A stretch of 64,000 bases of DNA from positions 3,264,001-3,328,000 of the forward strand of contig OZ244587.1 of NCBI GenBank assembly GCA_965218095.1, written 5' to 3'. The translations under genes were made by a program, and so were the position numbers. Below are positions 57,244 to 64,000 of the stretch, piece after piece. The notes below the pieces were generated by a model, which saw only the letters and a program-made list of their open reading frames with translations, was not told the origin of the DNA and did not search any database. Source of the stretch: Candidatus Poribacteria bacterium. Lineage in GTDB: Bacteria; Poribacteria; WGA-4E; PCPOR2b. How positions within the stretch are numbered: position 1 is the stretch's first letter; each line of letters begins with the position of its first letter.

Positions 57244-58260
57244 TTAAAATTGCTGTGCGAACCGCATATCGTTTTCAAAGAATATTCGCAGATCCGGAAT
57301 GCCGTATTTCAAAGCTGCAATCCGATCGACACCCATGCCAAACGCAAAGCCGGTAACCTGTTCCGGATCGTAATTGACATAACGGAAGACGTTTGGATGC
57401 ACCGAGCCCGCCCCCAAGATCTCGAGCCAACCGGTGCCTGAGCAGAGGCGACACCCTCTGCCGTGACAAGTCGTGCAGGAGATATCGACCTCCGCACTCG
57501 GCTCTGTGAATGGGAAGAAATGGGGGCGGAATCGAGTCCGTGTTCCCTCCCCGAACATCTGTTGCGCGAAAGCGTATAATACACCCTTCAACTCACTGAA
57601 AGTGACGTGATGATCGACCAGCAAACCTTCGATCTGATGGAACATCGGCGTGTGGGAAGCATCGGAGTCGCATCGATACACCCGCCCCGGAACGATAATC
57701 CGCACAGGAGGCTTCTGTTTTTCCATGTAGCGTATTTGAACCGGCGAGGTATGCGTCCGCAACAGCAGGCTATCGGTGACGTAAAATGTATCGTGTGCAT
57801 CTCGCGCGGGGTGGTCTGCTGGTGTGTTCAGCGCATTGAAGTTGTAGTATTCATGCTCAATCTCCGGCCCTTGAGCGATCTGGAATCCCATGCCCCGGAA
57901 GATCTCCTGAACTTGGTCAAAGGTTTGTGTCACCGGATGCTTTTTCCCAAGCTGCGGCAGTCGACCGGGAAGCGTAATATCCACAGCCTCCGTTGCAAGC
58001 TGTTGTTTTTGTTCTTGTCGGGTCAGGGTTTGCTCGACTTGATCAAAAGCCTCCGTGAGGTTGGCCCGCACTTCATTTGCGAGTTTGCCAACAACCGGCC
58101 GCTCCGCTTTGGAGAGTTTGCCCATCCCTCGCATCACTGCGGAGAGCAAACCTTTGCGTCCGAAGTACTTAATCCGTAGGGATTCGAGTTCGCGCAAGTC
58201 GTTCACAGTTTTAAGTTCTGTCAACGCTTCAGTTTTGATCTGTTTCAGTTGTCCTTGCAT
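57244..58260 (-). CDS. pheS: Phenylalanyl-tRNA synthetase alpha subunit
   Basis: HPARDAHDTF, LRTHTS, FHQIEG, FPFTEPS and GFAFGMG motifs. Confidence 0.97.
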   Translation of the reverse strand: MQGQLKQIKTEALTELKTVNDLRELESLRIKYFGRKGLLSAVMRGMGKLSKAERPVVGKLANEVRANLTEAFDQVEQTLTRQEQKQQLATEAVDITLPGRLPQLGKKHPVTQTFDQVQEIFRGMGFQIAQGPEIEHEYYNFNALNTPADHPARDAHDTFYVTDSLLLRTHTSPVQIRYMEKQKPPVRIIVPGRVYRCDSDASHTPMFHQIEGLLVDHHVTFSELKGVLYAFAQQMFGEGTRTRFRPHFFPFTEPSAEVDISCTTCHGRGCRLCSGTGWLEILGAGSVHPNVFRYVNYDPEQVTGFAFGMGVDRIAALKYGIPDLRIFFENDMRFAQQF

Positions 58261-58361
58261 GTTAACCTCCAGAATTCGAGTGCCAAACCTTCAGAAGGTT
58301 CCAAACCTCCCGAAGATTATACCATTTCCGAATTCAGAATTGGAATATAAATACGTTGCAA

Positions 58362-58407
58362 TAAAAAACGCCTGTCAATTCGTCCTAGGGACGAAAGTGA
58401 CAGGCGT
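58362..58407 (-). terminator. Intrinsic terminator of the T-box leader
   Basis: ACGCCTGTCA...TGACAGGCGT stem followed by a U-tract. Confidence 0.85.
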
Positions 58408-58640
58408 CAAAACCTTCCGCGGTACCACCCTAATTGGCAAATATAGCATTTGCCCACTTCATTGGTCGTTTCGATAACGGTGAAACTCCCGGCACGAGCC
58501 TACTTGCCTGCAATCGGCGTTCAACTCGGCGGCTCCAGGATGAAATTCGGTGGCTCGTTCCAAAGATACGCTTTCAGCCGGTGACGCATCCTCTCTGCTT
58601 GGAAGCCTCCAACCGCTTACTGTGTCCCTTCACAACCTTT
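58362..58640 (-). ncRNA. T-box riboswitch with Phe (UUC) specifier
   Basis: AGTA, AGAGA and GCTGAA stem I motifs. GAATTTCA specifier loop (UUC at 58542-58544). AGTA in stem II and CCGTTA. T-box AATTAGGGTGGTACCGCG at 58418-58435 pairs with CTTTCGTCCCT. Confidence 0.92.
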
Positions 58641-58693
58641 ACACAAACTCAATTTTATAATGTAGCCCCGAGCGTGGTCGGGATTTGAGTCCA

Positions 58694-59041
58694 TTAACCT
58701 TTCGCAAGTTCCGCAATACGGGCAAATCCAGCTTCATCATAAACAGCCATGTCCGCAAGAACCTTACGATTAAGTTCGATTCCTGCTTTTTTCAATCCGT
58801 TCATGAAGCGGCTGTAAGATAAGCCATGCATCCGTGCGGCGGCATTGATACGAGCAATCCACAACCGTCTGAATTCCCGTTTCCGCGCCCGGCGGTGGGC
58901 ATAGGCATAGTTCCAACCTTTTTCGACGGCTTCCATCGCAGATCGCTTCAAATTATTACGCCCACCGCGATAGCCCTTCGAGTGCTTCATGATTCTTTTT
59001 CGACGTTTGCTGCGGACAACACCTGTTTTTACTCTTGCCAT
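58694..59041 (-). CDS. rplT: 50S ribosomal protein L20
   Basis: MARVKTG...[15 protein letters not shown]...LNRKVLA. Confidence 0.97.
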   Translation of the reverse strand: MARVKTGVVRSKRRKRIMKHSKGYRGGRNNLKRSAMEAVEKGWNYAYAHRRARKREFRRLWIARINAAARMHGLSYSRFMNGLKKAGIELNRKVLADMAVYDEAGFARIAELAKG

Positions 59042-59071
59042 TTTTAGCTCCTTGAACAAACCACGTTAATT

Positions 59072-59266
59072 CTAATCGGGAAGCAAGCGACGCAGCCTTT
59101 TCGTGTTTGTCTTATCCACAAGGGCACTTTTCCTGAGATTCCGCTTCCGTTTTGCTGTCTTCGATAGAAACAAGTGGTTGGAATAAGCTTTGTGTCTACG
59201 AATTTTCCCTTTGCCTGTGAACTTAAAACGCTTGGCTGCGCCCTTATGGGTCTTAATTTTCGGCAT
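59072..59266 (-). CDS. rpmI: 50S ribosomal protein L35
   Basis: MPKIKTHKGAAKRFKFTGKGK. Confidence 0.97.
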   Translation of the reverse strand: MPKIKTHKGAAKRFKFTGKGKIRRHKAYSNHLFLSKTAKRKRNLRKSALVDKTNTKRLRRLLPD

Positions 59267-59281
59267 TTTACTGTTGCTCCT

Positions 59282-59836
59282 CTATTTATCCGACTTTGGC
59301 GCCAAGATCATAAACATTGATCGACTTTCCATCCGTGGTGGTAACTCAATCTCACCGACATCAGCTACATCTGCTGCGAGTCGTTGCAGCATTTCTTTGC
59401 CGAGGTCGGTGTGCAACATCTCACGCCCACTGAATCTAACTGCTGTTTTGACTTTCCAACCATTCAATAAAAACTCACGGGCATGACGCATCTTGAATTG
59501 AAAGTCGTGATCCGCGGTTCTTACGGATTTAAACTTTATTTCTTTCAGGACAACTTTGGCTTGTTTCTTCTTAGCTTCTTTCGCCCGTTTGCTTTTCTCA
59601 TACTGGAATTTACCATAATCCATAATTTTGCAAACAGGTGGATCCGAATTTGGTGAAACTTCCACTAAGTCGAGCCCTTCTTCCATAGCCCGATCTAACG
59701 CTTCATAGGTAGACATCACGCCGAGTTTTTCGTTCTCTAGACTTATCACCAAAACTTGCTTTGCCCGGATCTGCCGATTCACTCGGTTTTGTTGCTGCTG
59801 CACTATTTGATAGGAACGGCGGCCTCTGCTTTGAAT
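59282..59836 (-). CDS. infC: Translation initiation factor IF-3 (probable AUU start)
   Basis: LDLVEVSP...PPVCKIMDYGKF and FSGRE motifs. In-frame ATT at 59836-59834 lies just downstream of a GGGGGTG RBS. Confidence 0.95.
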   Translation of the reverse strand: MQSRGRRSYQIVQQQQNRVNRQIRAKQVLVISLENEKLGVMSTYEALDRAMEEGLDLVEVSPNSDPPVCKIMDYGKFQYEKSKRAKEAKKKQAKVVLKEIKFKSVRTADHDFQFKMRHAREFLLNGWKVKTAVRFSGREMLHTDLGKEMLQRLAADVADVGEIELPPRMESRSMFMILAPKSDK

Positions 59837-60069
59837 CTTTTACACCCCCAAATATGTATCAATGTACATCGAAGGAGTTAATTCCTACAATATACAGTTA
59901 ATTCTTTCGCTAACCGTAACCTCAATAAAACGGTAGGGTATTTTAGCATATCCTAATCTGTGAATGCAAGAGAAAATCCCTGTCAATCATATACTTTTCT
60001 CATAGATATACACACCTCCCAATGCAGACATGCCGGACTCTTCCGCCAACACCGTCCCTCGGCTTTTGA

Positions 60070-60426
60070 TCAAAAGTACCCAATCGTCCATAGAGTGCGC
60101 AAAACAATCAAACCGCCTCCCATGCCGCCAAAGACTAGGATTAGCAGAATACTCACGATCAGCGCCAATCGGACGATTTGTTCTCCCAATGGGGGTTGTT
60201 CGATTGACCAAGCGTGTGCCAGCCAGAAGGTCAAGGCGACGCTGATAAGGATCAAAATTGATGCCCCCAAGATACCAAGCAGAAGCTCTGTGAAATCAAC
60301 CATCATCATCGTTTCAATCAAAGAACCACTCGGCGACCAACGTTTGATAACACCAATCAGAACCCCGATGAGCGCCAGAATGAAAATTAAGAAAGCAATT
60401 AGCGTTTTTTTGAATGCTGTTTTCAT
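60070..60426 (-). CDS. Hypothetical membrane protein (3 TM; possibly frameshifted at the 3' end)
   Basis: Three hydrophobic segments. Confidence 0.5.
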   Translation of the reverse strand: MKTAFKKTLIAFLIFILALIGVLIGVIKRWSPSGSLIETMMMVDFTELLLGILGASILILISVALTFWLAHAWSIEQPPLGEQIVRLALIVSILLILVFGGMGGGLIVLRTLWTIGYF

Positions 60427-60556
60427 TTCATTTTCAAGATGGCGTATAAATTCGACCTGGGTTTGGATGAGATTAAATCAACCGGAATATGTACTATCAC
60501 TAAATGCGTGGTGTGCTCTGTTCTATTTGGCGTATTGAGAAAACAACGAACAATTT

Positions 60557-60604
60557 GAGTTCAGGGGTTCAAAAGTTCAATGAACCCTTTGAACTTTTGA
60601 ACTC
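60557..60604. repeat. Inverted period-8 GTTCA/TGAAC repeat palindrome
   Basis: GAGTTCAGGGGTTCAAAAGTTCA-A-TGAACCCTTTGAACTTTTGAACTC. Confidence 0.7.
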
Positions 60605-60805
60605 CCCGATAGATTGAGGCAGGCTCTGTAGGCTTGCGACGTTAACTGTCCAGTTCCGGTGTGGGTTCTCAAAGGTTTAGTAATAGAACACACCATCCCG
60701 AGATATACCAATAAAAAATATATCACATTCAACGCTTTTTCACAACACCTTTACAATGACTTTGTTAGATTAAAAGAGCTCATCGGCAGATCCACTGGTG
60801 GCTTA

Positions 60806-60890
60806 CCCCCCGGCCCCCGCCCCTCAATCCCCCAACTTTGGGGGGAAGGGGAGAATCGCAAAAACTCCCCCAGAATTGGGGGACGGGGGA
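60806..60890. repeat. CCCCCA..TTGGGGG-type palindromic intergenic repeat
   Basis: Two C5/G5 hairpins (CCCCCAACTTTGGGGG and CCCCCAGAATTGGGGG) inside inverted C-rich and G-rich arms. Confidence 0.65.
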
Positions 60891-60998
60891 CGAATGACTA
60901 ACAAGAAAGGGTTCATTGAGAAAGCGTGTGATGACAGCATGCTAAAGGTTCAACCATCAACGCTGTTCCTTGATTTTCGGCGTCACGAGCATCGGGCA

Positions 60999-61205
60999 TC
61001 ATACGGTGAAGCCGTGCGCTTTCCCGTAGCGGGGTAACCAGTAATCAAACCAGATCTGTTCGCACCGATCGTCGCAAAACTTCAGCGATTTGCCCCCGTA
61101 TTCAACACGCCACAGATGCTTCACCATCATCTTTCCACAGAAGTCGCAGCGGTGAATCTGCGTTGCATACAGCGCCTCAGAAATCGGTTCCCACTGACCT
61201 GTCAG
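60999..61205 (-). CDS. Small Cys-rich (CxxC...FCxxxC) putative metal-binding protein with CTG start, missing from the ORF track
   Basis: AGGAGG RBS, then a CTG overlapping the upstream TGA. Reads ...IHRCDFCGKMMVKHLW...KFCDDRCEQIWFDYWLPRYG. Confidence 0.55.
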   Translation of the reverse strand: MTGQWEPISEALYATQIHRCDFCGKMMVKHLWRVEYGGKSLKFCDDRCEQIWFDYWLPRYGKAHGFTV

Positions 61206-62990
61206 GATATCCTCCTTTCGTGGCGTAGGCGCTTCGTGGCATCTTCATCAACATGCCAGTCTCCATCCTCGTTCCGGACGAGGAACACGGTGTACACGTC
61301 ACGGGCTTCTTCAGGAGAGACGAAGCCCTCGCGGACATCCTCCAGAACCTGGGTAGCCTCGCGCGCTTCAGGTGGTCCATACCCGCCGCCGCCCGGACTG
61401 GCGATCATGATTTCATCGCCTGCTTGGATCTGAATATCAGCGAATTTGTTGGGCGAGGCGGTCCCGTACACTTCGGAGAACGTCCGCTATTGGTCATCTT
61501 TCTTTTTTCGAATCCGTACCGTTCCGCTCCCGCCTTCTTTCCCCCCCAAGAGCCCCCACGCCCGTGTTTCATGGCGGTCCATGAAGTTAGAAACGGTGAT
61601 TTCCGGAGCGAGCGCCTGGATGATTCTTTCGCTGCCACACCCACCGCGGTGCCGACCGTGCCCTCCCGAATTCTCGACAATGCGATACGTTTTCGTCAAC
61701 CAGGGGTAGCGCGTCTCAAAGACCTCCACCGGCGTATTCCGACAATTTCCATTAATCGGGCATTGGGTGTGGTTTCCGTCGCCGGTTGCCTTGCCGCCCC
61801 AGCCACATCCATCAATATGGTAGTTCGCGTAATACTGGCCCGTACTCGGGTGCATCCCCCCGAAAAGAAAGTTGCACGAACTGGCACCAGTCGCTGCAGC
61901 GACTCGCTCGGGCACGGCTTGCGAAAGGCAACCGAACAAAACATCGACAACCCGCTCGTGGATCTCAGAGTTGCCGCCGACGCTGGGCCCTGGGTGTTCC
62001 ACGTTCATGACAGTGCCGGGCGGAACGATGAGTTGAATTGGTCGATAGCAGCTGGAGTTGCGGGGGATGGTCTGATCGGTGATGTTGAGCATCGCGTTGA
62101 ACGTCGCCGATGCGGTCACGCCATACGTGCAGTTGCAGGGCCCCCGCGCTTGGGGACTCGACCCGGTGTAATCAAAGAGCATCTCCTCGTCTCGCACGAT
62201 GACCGTGCAGTTGATTCGGTACCGTTTGTCGGGGACGACGCCGTCATTTTCGATCCAGTCGTCAAGTTGATACTCACCGTTGGGAATGTCTCGAATCTCT
62301 GCCCGCATACGCGCTTCTGAGTAGTCCATGAGTTGCTTCCCGGCGGTGAGGATCTCATCAAATCCATAACGGTCAAGCAGTTGTGTGGAGTCGTCGCTCC
62401 GCCACGTTGAGTGAACCAATCATCGCGTGAAAGTCACCCCAGGAGGTTCGAGGTGTGCGGTGGTTGGAGAGAATAATCTTCCAGATGTCGTCCACATACT
62501 CCCCCTCGCGGATAATCTTGACCGGCGGCAATCGCAACCCCTTTTGATACACCTCCTTTGCGTCCGCCGCAAAACCGCCCACCGCCTTCCCGCCAATCTC
62601 CGTGACATGCGCGATATTGCCAATGAATCCGTACAATTCACCGTTGTGGTAGACCGCCTTTATCACCGTGTGCTCCGGCATGTGGCAACCGCCGCGATAG
62701 GGGTCGTTGTGCATCACCACATCGCCGGGTTTGAAATTCTCCAGACCGACTTCGGCGATAGTCCACTGCATAGTGTACAGAATTGCGCCGATCTGGGCAG
62801 GACAGAACTCCGCATACGCCACCATTTCGCCGTCACGGTCAAAGATGACGCAAGAGAAATCGAGCCCTTCATTAAAGATAGACGAATACGAGGTCTTCAT
62901 CATCGCCAATCCCATCTCACGACAGGTGTTGACGAGGTAGTTGTTGATGATGGTGAGGGTCACGCTGTCTAGTGATTTTTCCGTTGTCAT
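61202..62990 (-). pseudogene. Hydantoinase B/oxoprolinase family gene, disrupted
   Basis: Three pieces: a frameshift near 62380 and an in-frame TAG at 61487-61489. NDPYRGGCHMPE and SPGGGGYG motifs. Confidence 0.85.
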
Positions 62991-63032
62991 AGATTTTTCG
63001 CAGTGGAACTGATGGTTTCCAAGCAGGATACA

Positions 63033-63253
63033 TCAGACATTCAGAAACTCATCGAAGCGTTTGAAGAGTTTGTCTTCCTCTTGAGGAGAAACATCTGTAA
63101 GTTCTCTATCTTTTGAGAAAACATCCCCAAACTCTCCTGCAGCCAATAAATTGTCGATTGTTTCACAGATAGCCTTTTCGGTGAGTCTTTGGACAATAAT
63201 CATGTTAGATACCCAGAAATATAGACCACCAACGCACTCTCCAGTCTTTTTAT
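63033..63253 (-). pseudogene. 3' fragment of a hypothetical gene cut by an IS remnant
   Basis: KKTGECVGGLYFWVSNMIIVQRL...GEFGDVF frame that begins at the IS end. Confidence 0.45.
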
Positions 63254-63510
63254 AAGCCGGTTGAAACTTTTAACAGATGCAAAAGCAATACAAACCGCAA
63301 GCAGAAAAAACGAGGACGGCCGCGCCTGTTGGATGTGGGGATTTATGCCAAGCGGTTTTGCGTTGAGCGCAGCTTCGCTTGGGTGGACAAATACAAGCGA
63401 TTACTGATTCGATTTGAGAGGACCGATGCCAACTTTTTCGGCTTCCATTGTATTGCTTTTGCTATGATTAACCTACGCCATTTACTAGCGTGAAAAGTTT
63501 CAACCGGTTC
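63254..63510 (+). mobile_element. Internally deleted IS5-family element (MITE-like)
   Basis: TIRs CCGGTTGAAACTTTT and AAAAGTTTCAACCGG. Retains the transposase C-terminus RFCVERSFAWVDKYKRLLIRFER...INLR. Confidence 0.8.
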
Positions 63511-64000
63511 AATTGCTAAATAGTCAGAAGGATGCTTGACACTACTCCTAACTATCACAATTATAGCACGATTGCCAAAAAAAAAGAAATCAAAAAGAAT
63601 CTGAGGCTCGATCAACAGGAACTTACTGACTTCGTATGAAAAGTTAGAAAGTATAGAGGAATGGCGTATTGAGACCAACGCCCGGCCCGATAGATCGGGA
63701 TGCAAGCAGCTTCGCTCAACTTGATTTCGATACGGCTATGCCTACTCAATCGGCGCTTATTAATCCGAAAACTAAATGACCCTGGCAAGAAATCCGTATC
63801 CCTTGACAGATAAGCTCTGATTATGTGATAATAGCTCTATCCTGAAAGGAAGATGGGGAAAGACGATGGGTGACTGGACGGAAAGAAAGATAGAAGCGGG
63901 AAGAACGGAAGGAAGAAAAGGAATATTACGTTTCATGTTTTATGCATCATGTCTGCAATTTCAACTTATGCCAATGAAGGAAATAGAGCTCCCAATCACA

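Noticed and set aside
63343-63705. 120-aa minus-strand ORF
   Set aside because: It spans the IS5 remnant, whose real coding strand is +, and promoter-like DNA.

Overview
A 64-kb bacterial chromosomal window of about 50% GC with several AT-rich patches. The organism is probably Candidatus Poribacteria; this is inferred from secreted proteins ending in 'NYPNPFNPETWIPYQL...' and 'TTWGGLK' and from the repeat families present. Core genes are infC-rpmI-rplT, pheS and pheT (under a Phe T-box riboswitch), rpsU, tRNA-Gln and tRNA-Glu. The window also holds many carbohydrate and redox enzymes, a UGA-recoded CUAEP-tail radical SAM selenoprotein next to a molybdopterin oxidoreductase, two IS5-family elements and about a dozen pseudogenes. 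The most unusual part is a REP-bounded defence island at about 12.1-24.6 kb. There the 5' end of a type III R-M mod gene occurs three times in direct orientation. The two truncated copies each carry a sigma70 promoter and an antisense small ORF, and the copies bracket different cargo cassettes (HTH-ImmA/IrrE plus DUF4411 PIN; SDH/ClpP-class protease plus small partner). Several miniature mobile repeats are also present, two of them inserted in frame inside proteins. All calls come from manual reading; no database searches were run.
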